In this document: positions 29,297 through 39,552 of the stretch, piece after piece | How positions within the stretch are numbered: the first letter of the stretch is position 1 | How the letters are laid out: the number at the start of each line of letters is the position of its first letter | IMG/VR virus record: IMGVR_UViG_3300048591_000612 | Span: 1 to 47,798 of that record | Length of the DNA: 47,798 nucleotides | DNA from: a virus | Lineage: Duplodnaviria > Caudoviricetes | Strand: one strand, 5' to 3' | Translations under genes and position numbers: made by a program | The notes under the pieces: generated by a model | Told to the model about the DNA's origin: nothing | Databases searched by the model: none | Seen by the model: the letters and a program-made list of their open reading frames with translations, nothing else

Positions 29297-29997
29297 TACC
29301 AGCTATTCTCCATTTGATCTTTACCCGAAGCATCATCCTCAATAAAGTCATGGTACATACCCATGAGAGCCTCATCAATTACAGCAAGGTGATCATTTGC
29401 ACCTTCTGTGTTCCTATACGTCGCTTCGATCTTATACATCGCAGCTTGTATCAGCAGATCAGGATATACAATACTCCAAAAAGATTGTGATGTATCTGAC
29501 GTGAGTGGGCGAGAGAAGAATGTGCCATATACAACAACTTCATAGTTCATATCCGCAGCAGGGCCTATGAGCAATGTGCGTAGTATGTCCTGATCGTTAG
29601 AAAATTCATCTGCAACACGCCCAATGTTTGTCTCCCAGTATAAAGGTCTCCCGAGGTGCGGTGTACCTGTGTCATAAGAACCAAACTTATGTCGTATAAA
29701 TCCAGGGTTGGATTGCTTAAGGTAGTGTAATATCTCAGGATCATCTTCACTTGATCTTATTGCAACCTTATGGACTGCACGAGCGTGTGGTACTTCCACC
29801 AACTCATCACCCTCTCCGATACCAGTTATAATCTTCCCCTTCAATAAGACTGAATCAGGAAGACGTGACTCAAGAAACTTCTGCCCTTGCTTAATGAAGT
29901 AATCAGCAGAAATGTCAACGTAATCAGTTGTATCAACGACAAGGTCATAACGACCAGTCTGATCAACAAGCATTTTTCTAATCTCAAAGAGTGTCAT
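29296..29997 (-). CDS. head-tail adaptor (tail tubular protein A-like)
   Basis: MTLFEIR...YPDLLIQAAMY pattern, directly after the capsid gene. Confidence 0.6.
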   Translation of the reverse strand: MTLFEIRKMLVDQTGRYDLVVDTTDYVDISADYFIKQGQKFLESRLPDSVLLKGKIITGIGEGDELVEVPHARAVHKVAIRSSEDDPEILHYLKQSNPGFIRHKFGSYDTGTPHLGRPLYWETNIGRVADEFSNDQDILRTLLIGPAADMNYEVVVYGTFFSRPLTSDTSQSFWSIVYPDLLIQAAMYKIEATYRNTEGANDHLAVIDEALMGMYHDFIEDDASGKDQMENSW

Positions 29998-30000
29998 GGT

Positions 30001-30027
30001 ACCTGGTGGACATTATGTCCGATAGGT
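30001..30027. promoter_or_regulatory. dispersed palindrome copy 6
   Basis: ACCTGGT-GGACATTATGTCC-GATAGGT. Confidence 0.85.
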
Positions 30028-30069
30028 GGATATGCCCATACGTTAGGCATACCCACCCTTGGACGTTGT

Positions 30070-31377
30070 TTATGGTGTGAGTTCGTTGTCAAGACCGAAG
30101 CCTGTGAAGATACCGTAGCCCTCCAGGTGATCATACTCGAGTCCTGCCTCTGTGACAAACTCTTCGTATTTACCATCACGACTGCTATTGGTATTCTTCT
30201 TATCGCTCTCATCTGCCTTGAAAAAGGTATCGTCAATGAAACGAAACTTCATCTTGCTTGGAATAACTGCAACCATCGTGCTACGCATAGATGGGTCGTG
30301 ATTCCAGAGTGGGTTCGTTTTAATTGCGATTGGGCCTTGCGAGGTAATCCAATACGTCACAGCAAGACCATACTTTGTTTCACCTGGGGCAAGCTGAATG
30401 TTACCGTACAATTTAGCAAGGCGGTTCAATGTACGAAGCACATTGGATCCTGCAAAGAACATACGCTCACCTGTACCATAGCGATGGAGTTCCTCCATAC
30501 ACTTCTCCAGCCAATCCTCTGCACCCTGCTCCCAGGTCTTACCTGCGAACTCAGCGTCAGCATTGTAGCGGAAGATGTTGTTAGGATTCTCACGCTTGAT
30601 AGCGGTGATGATACCATCAGTTGTTGTTTCAGGCTCACCATTCTCAGCATTGATCGTCTCAGAACGAACGCTATGCCAGAAGGCACGCTCCATCTCAACA
30701 CTGTGAAGTTCAAGTGCCTCACGCTTTGCTTCCTGATATTGCTCAGGTGTACGAAGACGAGTCTTCATAGCCGTACGAGTCATCTGCAACGAGTTGCGGA
30801 AGATCTGCGTATGGTTGTAAAACTTCACTGGGTTGTAGGATACAGGCACTGGGATCAAACCACCTTGTGGGTTGATGTTACCAGACAACACTACCCAGTC
30901 ACAATCTTCGACCCCATTATCTGAACCAATTAGCTTCAGTACGAGATAGGAATTTGCACCTGATAAGGTGACATCAAGACACTTGAAGTTAGTGTCCTTG
31001 TTAATGTCCCCTGCGAGTTCGCGAAGAAGAACCTGCTTACCACGTGTGAAGTGCTTTGCTGTATCAGCAGCCACTTTAACGTAGATAACATCTCCTTCAG
31101 CAAGCGTACCAGATACTGCACTTGACAGTGCTTGGTCAGTATAGATACCTGTTGCTTCTCCAAACTGCTTAGGGAATCCTTTACCCCACCAGTTGAAGAT
31201 GTAATCATCTGTGGCCTCTGATGCAAGCAATGCAGTCATAGCCGTTAGGGGAGCATCTCCATCTGGATAGAGGAGATTGATCATCTCTCGCCAATTACCA
31301 GGACGTTGATCTGCTTCCCACTTAAACACACCGCGCTGACCTATAACGGCATTGTTTTGAAAGGGTCTTGTACTCAT
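30070..31377 (-). CDS. major capsid protein (SU10/DUF5309-like)
   Basis: 435 aa; NHTQIFRNS, EMERAFWHS, EFVTEAGLE; AGGAG RBS; downstream of the scaffold gene. Confidence 0.8.
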   Translation of the reverse strand: MSTRPFQNNAVIGQRGVFKWEADQRPGNWREMINLLYPDGDAPLTAMTALLASEATDDYIFNWWGKGFPKQFGEATGIYTDQALSSAVSGTLAEGDVIYVKVAADTAKHFTRGKQVLLRELAGDINKDTNFKCLDVTLSGANSYLVLKLIGSDNGVEDCDWVVLSGNINPQGGLIPVPVSYNPVKFYNHTQIFRNSLQMTRTAMKTRLRTPEQYQEAKREALELHSVEMERAFWHSVRSETINAENGEPETTTDGIITAIKRENPNNIFRYNADAEFAGKTWEQGAEDWLEKCMEELHRYGTGERMFFAGSNVLRTLNRLAKLYGNIQLAPGETKYGLAVTYWITSQGPIAIKTNPLWNHDPSMRSTMVAVIPSKMKFRFIDDTFFKADESDKKNTNSSRDGKYEEFVTEAGLEYDHLEGYGIFTGFGLDNELTP

Positions 31378-31389
31378 CTTTTACTCTCC

Positions 31390-31677
31390 TTAAGTTTCAA
31401 TAAATCCACGATTTCTCAGAACCGCCAACACGGAGTTCAGAGCAGTTGTTATGTTTGCTATGTTTGTGTTGACAGTTCCTAGCTGCGTGTTAACCCCACT
31501 CACATCACTGCTATTCACTGCTACACCAGTCACTGTAGGATTAGAAATCCCACTTGCAGCAGGACCGCCTGCTACCATTACACTACCTTGTTTGATACCT
31601 TTGGTCGCATCAAGAATTACAAGGTTACCATCCCTAATATCAAAACCAAAGCGGATAAGCATTCCAGGAAGGCTCAT
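31390..31677 (-). CDS. small virion protein (head fibre/decoration-like)
   Basis: AGGAGG RBS; C-terminal LNSVLAVLRNRGFI helix. Confidence 0.6.
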   Translation of the reverse strand: MSLPGMLIRFGFDIRDGNLVILDATKGIKQGSVMVAGGPAASGISNPTVTGVAVNSSDVSGVNTQLGTVNTNIANITTALNSVLAVLRNRGFIET

Positions 31678-31690
31678 ATATCACCTCCTT

Positions 31691-32035
31691 TTATGCTATA
31701 CCGTTAAGTAGGACTCTCCAACGACGACCATCGCTGTATAGTACTACGTGATCATTGTCTGTGTCAAGGGTGAGGTTACTCCATCCTGGAACAGTCCCAC
31801 GTGTCTTCAGCGTGATTGCTTTTGAGTTGGCAATCGTAGCGTGAACAACATACGTGAGACCCTCAGCCTCCTGCACGACAGGAAGGAACAGATCAAAACT
31901 GTCACTTGCTGTATTTGCCGTAGCGTAAACGGTGCGCTGATACACTGCGAGTTTGACAGCAGCACCAGCTGCAGACGTCACATCAGCAATTCCTGATACG
32001 ACCTGCCCCGATAGTTCTTGTTTTACGGATAACAT
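31691..32035 (-). CDS. small virion protein (decoration-like)
   Basis: Beta-rich 114 aa ending LYSDGRRW. Confidence 0.6.
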   Translation of the reverse strand: MLSVKQELSGQVVSGIADVTSAAGAAVKLAVYQRTVYATANTASDSFDLFLPVVQEAEGLTYVVHATIANSKAITLKTRGTVPGWSNLTLDTDNDHVVLYSDGRRWRVLLNGIA

Positions 32036-32044
32036 CTTTTACTC

Positions 32045-32800
32045 CTATTTAATTCCTAACATTGCGTCTAGTTCTTTCTGCTGTGCGGACCTTGTATCAG
32101 CACTCCTCCCGCTACGAGTGGAAGATCCTTTAGGTGCAGGAAAGGCAGGGGATTCCCTCTCCTCTTCTCTCTTTTGTGCCTGAGCGCCTATCTTCAACAC
32201 TTCCCTTGCGCGCTTGGCAGTTTCATTTAGAACACCCTGAACATCAAGGTCAGGTTGTTCGGCAGCTACTTGATTCGCTACCATCGCTACAGCCGCAGGA
32301 TATTCTGCCAAGTCTGGATTATCTTGGTAGAAACGGTTTGAGGCGGTTGTATATTCCGCTTGTCTCCGTGCTGTGGCTTCTACTACCGCAGGCACATCAC
32401 GAATTGCATCTTGACGTGCTCGGTCGTATACTCGGTTGAGGACTTCATTAAACTTATTAACATCAGTGATCGCTACCGCAAACTCCTCCTGCGAAATAAG
32501 CGCTTGAGGCTCAGGGGCAGGTTGACCCTTATCGTTACCACTTTTGGCTTTATCGCCATTTGTGATAAGATTGGTGAGCTGAGCGATTTGAGTCTTAAGC
32601 TCAGCGATCTCATCTTGCTTCGCCGGTACAGGTGGGTCGGCAGGTGGATCTTTTTCCTCTCCATCATCAACTTCATCTGTGTTAATAGGTTCAGGTGTTG
32701 GATCATTTCCTTCAGCCTGCTTCTTTGCTTCCTCAGGTGTTATGTTTAGCATCGCATTAAGATCATTCATCAATGCCTTTGCTGGATCTGTCCCGCTCAT
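32045..32800 (-). CDS. capsid scaffolding protein
   Basis: Acidic, Pro-rich and coiled-coil 251 aa between portal and capsid. Confidence 0.7.
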   Translation of the reverse strand: MSGTDPAKALMNDLNAMLNITPEEAKKQAEGNDPTPEPINTDEVDDGEEKDPPADPPVPAKQDEIAELKTQIAQLTNLITNGDKAKSGNDKGQPAPEPQALISQEEFAVAITDVNKFNEVLNRVYDRARQDAIRDVPAVVEATARRQAEYTTASNRFYQDNPDLAEYPAAVAMVANQVAAEQPDLDVQGVLNETAKRAREVLKIGAQAQKREEERESPAFPAPKGSSTRSGRSADTRSAQQKELDAMLGIK

Positions 32801-33063
32801 ACTATCTCCTTATCTTGGTTCATCTGTTCTTGTGCTTTTATATCCTCAACGAGTCCGTCGAAGAAATCAATAAAGTCCTGGCAGTTTTTAATTGCGCCTT
32901 GCATACGGTATATCTCTTGTATTTGTTCATCGTTAGAGAGTTTCTGTATAAGCGCCTCCATGCGGAGATCTGCGAAGACCTTAAAATCGTGATACACAGG
33001 TGATGCAAGGAAAGCCTTAACATCACGCTCTGTGCTTCTTATAATGCCATCATCTTGTGTCAT
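32797..33063 (-). CDS. hypothetical protein (post-portal)
   Basis: 88 aa, ATGA-coupled. Confidence 0.65.
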   Translation of the reverse strand: MTQDDGIIRSTERDVKAFLASPVYHDFKVFADLRMEALIQKLSNDEQIQEIYRMQGAIKNCQDFIDFFDGLVEDIKAQEQMNQDKEIV

Positions 33064-35045
33064 ACCATTGGTGTTATGTTACCAGCTTGTGCTTGTTGCA
33101 TTGCAACTTCATCAGGTACAACCTGTACGGCTCCACCCATTTCAGTTGTTTTGACAAAGTCATCTATATTCTTCGCACCCATCTGTCGTGCAAGATGTGT
33201 GAAGATTTTGTCAATATTAAACATAGGTGTGATAGTTGGATTCTGTGCGATCATTGTGAAGATGTCAACCCAGCTCTGTATATTCTCAGACCCTGGCATA
33301 CTACCATCATAGATGTTCACATCGAACGCTACAGTTATATCACTCATTGTGACACTTGTTCGCCCATTGCGCACAGGCTTACCTAAGTCATTACGTAGTT
33401 TTTCTTCCCATGTTCCTGTGAGTTGCACAAAGTGTTCCTCACTCATCATCTGCTGTGTATGGTACGCAAGCATTTCCCCAAGTGGTTGCATTGCTTGCAT
33501 ACTGATTATCTTTGCGGCTTTCTCCAGACGTGATAATGCAGACGACCTTGCCCCTTGCGCTTCGGCGCTACTGATTCGACTTGTTCGAGGGGCGATGATT
33601 CCTTGCACAAGGTCATTTGCTCCTGTGACTTGCTGCATAATTTGCTGGAGGAATGTTGTTTCTTGGATGTGTCCTTGTGTGACATCACGTACCTCAAGTT
33701 GTTTAATAGCTGCATCAATCTTCCCACCGCCCCACGCAGCACGCCTCATACGAATCAATTTCCCAGGCTTCGGATTATTCAAGTCATTGATATCCACAAG
33801 GGATGGATCAACAACTATCATATCGTTAATGCTCTTACGAATATTCTGCAGACGGCTTGTATATAAGAAATCAACAACCGACTGCATATCATTTACAAGC
33901 ATTAGGCGTGATACTGGGTTTGCGCTATACCCATCATAATCAGGTGCGGCTACAACAATCGGATACTTGTTATGATCAAGATTCATCCTCTTCGCACAGA
34001 TAACAACGGAATCACCAGCAACTGCGAAATACCACTTCTCTGGGTATTGCTTTGACCCAAGTCCCCACTCATTTGGTATGAGGTTTACATACATATGCAC
34101 TACATCAATACGCCTACTGAATTGTGAATAATCAGCAGTGCTGTCAATAGGACTACGTGCATTACCAGTTGAGATGGATGTCAACTTCCCTCCGTCAACA
34201 TGGGAGAGATAACGCACATTGACAATATCCTTATCATACTCTTCTCTCTCAAGAAGTGATATATAATTATCCTCATCAACCCAACCTACATACGATCCAC
34301 GCTGTACATCATGCGCAGGAACAGATGGATCTGGTAGGTAATTATAAGGGTCAATGTTATGAAGAACATTACCTTCATATATAAACCCACGCCTTTTCTC
34401 GGAGGAATAATCAGTTATAATCTGCTGATCTCCTAGGTCATACCCATAAGGACTGCGATCATAATACACACCCTTCTCCTTACACCACGATGCACCAATT
34501 ACGCCTATACCATAGGAAAAACTATCACGCCACATCGTATGAAGAGCAAGACCCATTCTCTTCTTATTAACCTGCTTCTGTATGAGGCGCTCTAATAAGT
34601 AAGCACCAACAGTATCCTCAGGACCTTCACCCTCATACTTAAACATTGGGTCCTGTATGAACGCAGCAGTCATATACGTCAACAGTGTCTCGAGGGTAGC
34701 ATAAGTCATAGGCATGATAATCTTTGCATCATCACTGACTTTATCCTTAGGCCCATTCTTCCTACGTGTATCTGTATCACCTGTGAACATACTCTCAGCA
34801 TGAGGAGTAAATGACTCACGTGTGAACACACGAAGGACCTCATCAATACGCCTCCACTCACTATGCCTTGTTGACATTGTGGTGTAAGATGTCACACCCC
34901 TCTGAAGCACCTCAGATAAAATATTATCATGAAGATCAGATCCAGGTGTTAGGTCAAGACCATTCTTATATGTGTACTCATAATCAGGAGCGTCAACGAC
35001 TTTCCTTGCAAATGAGTTTGGCGGTTTTGGTACTATATATGGCAT
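33060..35045 (-). CDS. portal protein
   Basis: 661 aa directly after TerL; YGIGV, IDPYNYLPDP, PGKLIR, QQVTGAND and Q-rich tail typical of podovirus portals. Confidence 0.85.
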   Translation of the reverse strand: MPYIVPKPPNSFARKVVDAPDYEYTYKNGLDLTPGSDLHDNILSEVLQRGVTSYTTMSTRHSEWRRIDEVLRVFTRESFTPHAESMFTGDTDTRRKNGPKDKVSDDAKIIMPMTYATLETLLTYMTAAFIQDPMFKYEGEGPEDTVGAYLLERLIQKQVNKKRMGLALHTMWRDSFSYGIGVIGASWCKEKGVYYDRSPYGYDLGDQQIITDYSSEKRRGFIYEGNVLHNIDPYNYLPDPSVPAHDVQRGSYVGWVDEDNYISLLEREEYDKDIVNVRYLSHVDGGKLTSISTGNARSPIDSTADYSQFSRRIDVVHMYVNLIPNEWGLGSKQYPEKWYFAVAGDSVVICAKRMNLDHNKYPIVVAAPDYDGYSANPVSRLMLVNDMQSVVDFLYTSRLQNIRKSINDMIVVDPSLVDINDLNNPKPGKLIRMRRAAWGGGKIDAAIKQLEVRDVTQGHIQETTFLQQIMQQVTGANDLVQGIIAPRTSRISSAEAQGARSSALSRLEKAAKIISMQAMQPLGEMLAYHTQQMMSEEHFVQLTGTWEEKLRNDLGKPVRNGRTSVTMSDITVAFDVNIYDGSMPGSENIQSWVDIFTMIAQNPTITPMFNIDKIFTHLARQMGAKNIDDFVKTTEMGGAVQVVPDEVAMQQAQAGNITPMV

Positions 35046-35049
35046 AATC

Positions 35050-35076
35050 GTCTGATGGACATAATGTCCGAAAGGT
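35050..35076. promoter_or_regulatory. dispersed palindrome copy 7
   Basis: GTCTGAT-GGACATAATGTCC-GAAAGGT; fills the TerL-portal gap. Confidence 0.85.
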
Positions 35077-35078
35077 GG

Positions 35079-36578
35079 TTAAATGATCCTGAAATCTTCA
35101 AGTGGCTCTCCGTACATATCATCAAGATCTGCATACTCGTCAGTTAAGACATCGTACTCATCATCTGTTGCAGTACCGTAACGCTCACCAATGGCAAGCA
35201 TTTCTGTAAGGTAACCAAGAGCATCCATAACGTCCCACAGTTTTGATCGTGGGAATGATAAGAGTTGTTGCTCAAGTTTACCTGTCACATTCTTATTGTG
35301 GAATATAATACCTTGTCGATATAGTGGGACAAGAGATCGGATACGTTCAATCTTCCCTTTCTCTTGCTTCCCACCTTTAGCGTGCAACGCTACAAATTCC
35401 ACATATATCTTCTTACGGATCAAGTAATCAACGATAGGGTATGAGATGTATTCTCCAATACCTGTAACCTCAACACCGAGCACACGGCAGTTATATCTCT
35501 TCACCATATCACCAACCTGCTCATATAGTTCATCGGGGTGAAACTTACCGGATACAATATCCCTTACATATATCCCACCGTTCTGATTATTGAATCCAAC
35601 GCAGACAATAGCGGAGTCCGCACTTTCCATCTTAGCCGTTTTAGCGGGGTCAACTATAACTAAGTTTTCAACATACGGACTCCTTGTTAAGTTAGCCTCA
35701 CCTTCATCGTAGTACTTAAAGTATTCTTGTTTGAATGCAGCATCTTCTTTCGAAATAGGAAGGTTCCTATATTCCCGCATGAAGACGTCAATCAAACCCT
35801 TTCGGCGATACGAGTCAGCAAGGGCTCTAACTTCCTCCGAAGACATCACGTTAGGTGCCTTCGTATTAAAATCATCATCACAAATTTCAAGACGAACTGA
35901 GTCCCAGTCAGGGTCTTCCAGTATCTCCTCAAGGAGAGCGTTCTCCGAGAGTATTGTCCCAAGGTATATAATCTTCCAATCCTTACGTCCACGATCTACA
36001 CAGCCCATAAGGTCAGCGTAGAACCACTGCTTTAATTTCCTTCTCTGCTCTTCTGATTGCACTTGCTCGGGATCTTCAAGGTCATCTATGATAATCAAAT
36101 CAGGACGACTATTGCGGAAGAGCATACCACGAATCTGTTGACCAGCACCACGAGGCATGATACAAGTTTCGTGAGATCCTACACTTACAACATACTGCTC
36201 CTTACTAAACACACTTGTTGAAATGTCACCATAGCGTGCAACAATCTCAGGGTTATTTGTGAGCTCATACTTAAGGTTCTCAGACTGCATTGTTGCAGCT
36301 GTCGCACTGGCTGATACAGGTACGATATATCTCTTATCTTGGAATAATGTACTCTTTGCAGGAAGAACAAGGTTATTAATCGATGTCTTGCCGATACCCC
36401 TTGGAGCCGCAATGGCAATTAGCTGACTTGTACTATTATCAATAAGATTAAATATCTCATGATGGATAGGATCAAAGTCACGATAAAAGCGCTCAGGGAA
36501 AAATACCTTCGCCATCACAGATGTGTCTGCGTAACACTCTGCAAGGAGTTGGCGATCAAGATCATTGATATCTACCAC
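35079..36578 (-). CDS. terL: terminase large subunit
   Basis: APRGIGKT Walker A, IIIDDLE Walker B, nuclease VDPA and DVMDAL. Confidence 0.9.
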   Translation of the reverse strand: MVDINDLDRQLLAECYADTSVMAKVFFPERFYRDFDPIHHEIFNLIDNSTSQLIAIAAPRGIGKTSINNLVLPAKSTLFQDKRYIVPVSASATAATMQSENLKYELTNNPEIVARYGDISTSVFSKEQYVVSVGSHETCIMPRGAGQQIRGMLFRNSRPDLIIIDDLEDPEQVQSEEQRRKLKQWFYADLMGCVDRGRKDWKIIYLGTILSENALLEEILEDPDWDSVRLEICDDDFNTKAPNVMSSEEVRALADSYRRKGLIDVFMREYRNLPISKEDAAFKQEYFKYYDEGEANLTRSPYVENLVIVDPAKTAKMESADSAIVCVGFNNQNGGIYVRDIVSGKFHPDELYEQVGDMVKRYNCRVLGVEVTGIGEYISYPIVDYLIRKKIYVEFVALHAKGGKQEKGKIERIRSLVPLYRQGIIFHNKNVTGKLEQQLLSFPRSKLWDVMDALGYLTEMLAIGERYGTATDDEYDVLTDEYADLDDMYGEPLEDFRII

Positions 36579-36967
36579 TCTCTTCTTGCTCCTACATCTA
36601 CGTGCGTGAATGATTGATAAGCATGAACACCACCCATGCCAAGCTCCACTGCAAATTTAGCAACCTCAGAAGGACGAATCCCTTGCGCTACAATATCAGC
36701 AGCAAGCCCACTCATATGGAGACTTTTCACAGCACCACCTATTGCCTTATTATGTACCTCAGTGCGGTATGCACTATTTATCGTAATAGGACCGAAGCGA
36801 TCACGAATGATCTGTAACGCGACAATAAGAGCAGGATGCACCAATATAAGAGGCGTACCATCTTTACATTGGAACTCACTTAACCTGAATGATCGGGAGA
36901 GTTTAATGTCCCCCATCGTCTCGATGTTAAATGTAATAGCATCGGCAGTGTTCATGTTTCTTAGCAT
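36572..36967 (-). CDS. peptidase M15 family endolysin
   Basis: FRLSEFQC, SAYR, SLHMSGLAAD and THVD zinc-binding motifs. Confidence 0.85.
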   Translation of the reverse strand: MLRNMNTADAITFNIETMGDIKLSRSFRLSEFQCKDGTPLILVHPALIVALQIIRDRFGPITINSAYRTEVHNKAIGGAVKSLHMSGLAADIVAQGIRPSEVAKFAVELGMGGVHAYQSFTHVDVGARREW

Positions 36968-36968
36968 A

Positions 36969-37427
36969 TTAAAATAGGTCCCCTAATAGAATCCCTATCC
37001 ATTCAGCAATCGTCTTGCCCGATACTTCATAAAGGGCATATGATGTAGTCATGAAGAAACCAATGGCACTAGCAATGAAAGTACCGAGTGCTGTTTTCTC
37101 TGGCTTACCATCAGTATAGATAATCTTCCCACTCTCGGGATCTCTACGATACATCCCAACGAGGGAGAAGATAACCTTCAACATTGATTTAAGGTACTTA
37201 ATAATCTGCCCGCTGAATAGTCGCAAGGACAGAGATTGCCACCATTTTAACTCCACTGGTGGCGGTGTTTTATCTGGTGTATTCGCCATAGGCGGATCCT
37301 CTGGTTGTGTTGTTGGTAGTTCAACCGTAGGAATGTCGCTGCCTTTCATTGCCTCAACCTTCCCGCTGATTGATTTAGGTACTTGAACCTTAACAGGCTC
37401 AATTCGTTGTGGCTTTTTAGTTCCCAT
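36969..37427 (-). CDS. membrane protein, holin-like
   Basis: Hydrophobic segments; adjacent to the endolysin. Confidence 0.45.
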   Translation of the reverse strand: MGTKKPQRIEPVKVQVPKSISGKVEAMKGSDIPTVELPTTQPEDPPMANTPDKTPPPVELKWWQSLSLRLFSGQIIKYLKSMLKVIFSLVGMYRRDPESGKIIYTDGKPEKTALGTFIASAIGFFMTTSYALYEVSGKTIAEWIGILLGDLF

Positions 37428-37773
37428 TCTGCCTCTCCTGCTTTTCTACAATCTTCTCAAACTTCTCTATGCTTTTCTCCAGACGGATGAGCTTCTCTTC
37501 GAGCACATCTTTCCGTACAAAGGTATCAGCATTATTCTGAGCATCCCGCTTTACACGAGCATCAACATCTTCGACGGCTTTAGAAAGACGGGATAATTCA
37601 AAATTAACTGTGGCATACCATAGCACAAGTGCAAGAAAGATCAATGCAATCTGTATGATGTTACCAGTCGTTATTTCCTTCTTAAACACCATTTTCCCTT
37701 TCTCGTCGTTATCGTTCTTGTTATTCTTTGGATAAAAGTCGCCCGCTCCGAATGCATCATCTAGATTAAACAT
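37417..37773 (-). CDS. single-TM coiled-coil lysis-associated protein
   Basis: IIQIALIFLALVLWY then a coiled coil. Confidence 0.5.
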   Translation of the reverse strand: MFNLDDAFGAGDFYPKNNKNDNDEKGKMVFKKEITTGNIIQIALIFLALVLWYATVNFELSRLSKAVEDVDARVKRDAQNNADTFVRKDVLEEKLIRLEKSIEKFEKIVEKQERQNGN

Positions 37774-37803
37774 AGGCGCCTTCGTAACAATTTGTTACAC
37801 AGA

Positions 37804-38901
37804 TCAACAACCAGTATACCAACCTCTTTTAGAGAGGTCAGCTATTCGCGTAAGTGCGTTGTCATACAACTCAGCACCTCTTTCAAGACTGTACTTCCGC
37901 CGAGCATTCTCAGCTATGATTCGCCTATCTACATCATTAAATGTGCGAACCTTCTGCACAGCCTCAATCCAATCTAACAACGTCTTACACCTGAAACCAT
38001 TCTGCCCATGCTCAACAGTTTCAGTGAAAGCACCGTAATCGACAGAGAGAAGTGGCGTACCACATAGCATACCTTCCACACCTGAGCCACCAAAAGGTTC
38101 GACGAAGAGTGTAGGCATTACTGTGCACATTGCACTTCCCAACAAACGTGATCTGTCACGACCATGTACAGGTGGGATATAACGCAACTTATCGTACTTA
38201 TCAAGGTATGGCTGAGGATCGCCTTGACCGCAGATATATACCTTATTATACACTCGCTGTGCTATCTCACCAACTGTATCAATTCCTTTATTCTGTGTGA
38301 TACGACCGAAGAAGAGGATACTATTATCATGCTCTGTCGATACATACCACTCACTTACATCAAACGTATTAGGTATGACGAAGTGGTAATTAGACCCATG
38401 CGCCTTCTCTTTGCCAGCATGGTAGTGCATCCATGCGTATGACTCATATATGCGATATGGGAGGAAGCACTCAGGATAACCAATGCCAGGCTCTACATGA
38501 TATGCGTCTGGAAATTCTTGCACAAGACGTGGGTGTGCAGGACCGAAGTGGTGGAGAATGATATCCCCTTTCTGCACCCGAGTCTTCATCGCACGAATGA
38601 GGCGATCTTCGAATAAGGTATGCTGAGGTGTTCCAACTGCACCATAGTTACCATGAAACCCCTTGTTATCACCAATCGGGCAGTGCTGTGCGATCTCTTC
38701 CTCTGATAACATTGGAACAATCTCAAACGATCCATCATGATACTTCGACCCAGCTCCATTGGTGTAGTCGATAAGAGGCCAATCCATCAACTGCGCTATA
38801 CGTACGAATCGTACAACTTTCTGTGTGAAGGCACAGTGGCTATATACGTCCGTTGGGAGTGTGTGGAATATCCCAATGCTATGTAATGTAGGCTTTCTCA
38901 T
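37804..38901 (-). CDS. glycosyltransferase (GT4 / GT-B fold)
   Basis: FFGRITQNKG and EPFGGSGVEGMLCGTP (E-X7-E), GAFTETV. Confidence 0.85.
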   Translation of the reverse strand: MRKPTLHSIGIFHTLPTDVYSHCAFTQKVVRFVRIAQLMDWPLIDYTNGAGSKYHDGSFEIVPMLSEEEIAQHCPIGDNKGFHGNYGAVGTPQHTLFEDRLIRAMKTRVQKGDIILHHFGPAHPRLVQEFPDAYHVEPGIGYPECFLPYRIYESYAWMHYHAGKEKAHGSNYHFVIPNTFDVSEWYVSTEHDNSILFFGRITQNKGIDTVGEIAQRVYNKVYICGQGDPQPYLDKYDKLRYIPPVHGRDRSRLLGSAMCTVMPTLFVEPFGGSGVEGMLCGTPLLSVDYGAFTETVEHGQNGFRCKTLLDWIEAVQKVRTFNDVDRRIIAENARRKYSLERGAELYDNALTRIADLSKRGWYTGC

Positions 38902-39521
38902 ACTCCACTCCTATCATAAATACCAGCAAAGAAAGGTCCGTGCATACACGTCTCGGCATTGTCATAGTTACCCCTTACAAGAAGGCGATTAACCATACCC
39001 TGCTCCTCAATGAATCGGTGCATATCAACTGCATTTAATGTGTGCAAGTGTCCAGTATATGTTGGGATATCTACCCATTCAAATATACGCAGACGCTTAC
39101 CATACGCACACGCTTTCTGTAGGATCAAATAAGGATCCATTACGTGTTGAAGGCAGTTATAGATCCACACTTCATCAAAGGCAAATGCCTGTGTGTCAAT
39201 GTCAGGAAGTTCCTCAGCAGGATGAATGATCCTACTGATACCTCTCTGCTTATATACGTCCTCATAGTGGTCGTACTCAATCGGATCAAGTGCTACACAC
39301 TGCGTAGGGTTCTTCGCATACGATAAGAGCATAGATGTAGGACCTGAACCTATATCAAGGATCATTCCATCTACGCCATTTGTAATATCAAGAAGACCAG
39401 CAACGACATCACCTTTACGCTTCTCAGCGCGGATGCCTTCGTCACCTATAGACAACCACCAGCCCTTTTCGAACTGTTGTGCGTCCTGCCATTCTTGTGT
39501 TCTATCTTTCATTTGTTCCAT
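38898..39521 (-). CDS. class I SAM-dependent methyltransferase (small molecule/glycan type)
   Basis: ILDIGSGP, ALDP, FDEVWIYNCLQHVMDP. Confidence 0.85.
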   Translation of the reverse strand: MEQMKDRTQEWQDAQQFEKGWWLSIGDEGIRAEKRKGDVVAGLLDITNGVDGMILDIGSGPTSMLLSYAKNPTQCVALDPIEYDHYEDVYKQRGISRIIHPAEELPDIDTQAFAFDEVWIYNCLQHVMDPYLILQKACAYGKRLRIFEWVDIPTYTGHLHTLNAVDMHRFIEEQGMVNRLLVRGNYDNAETCMHGPFFAGIYDRSGV

Positions 39522-39552
39522 ATAAAGTTCCCGCTTAGTTTATGGATTATAA

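Noticed and set aside
29887-30924. 345 aa plus-strand ORF
   Set aside because: Antisense to the capsid gene with no RBS or recognisable motifs
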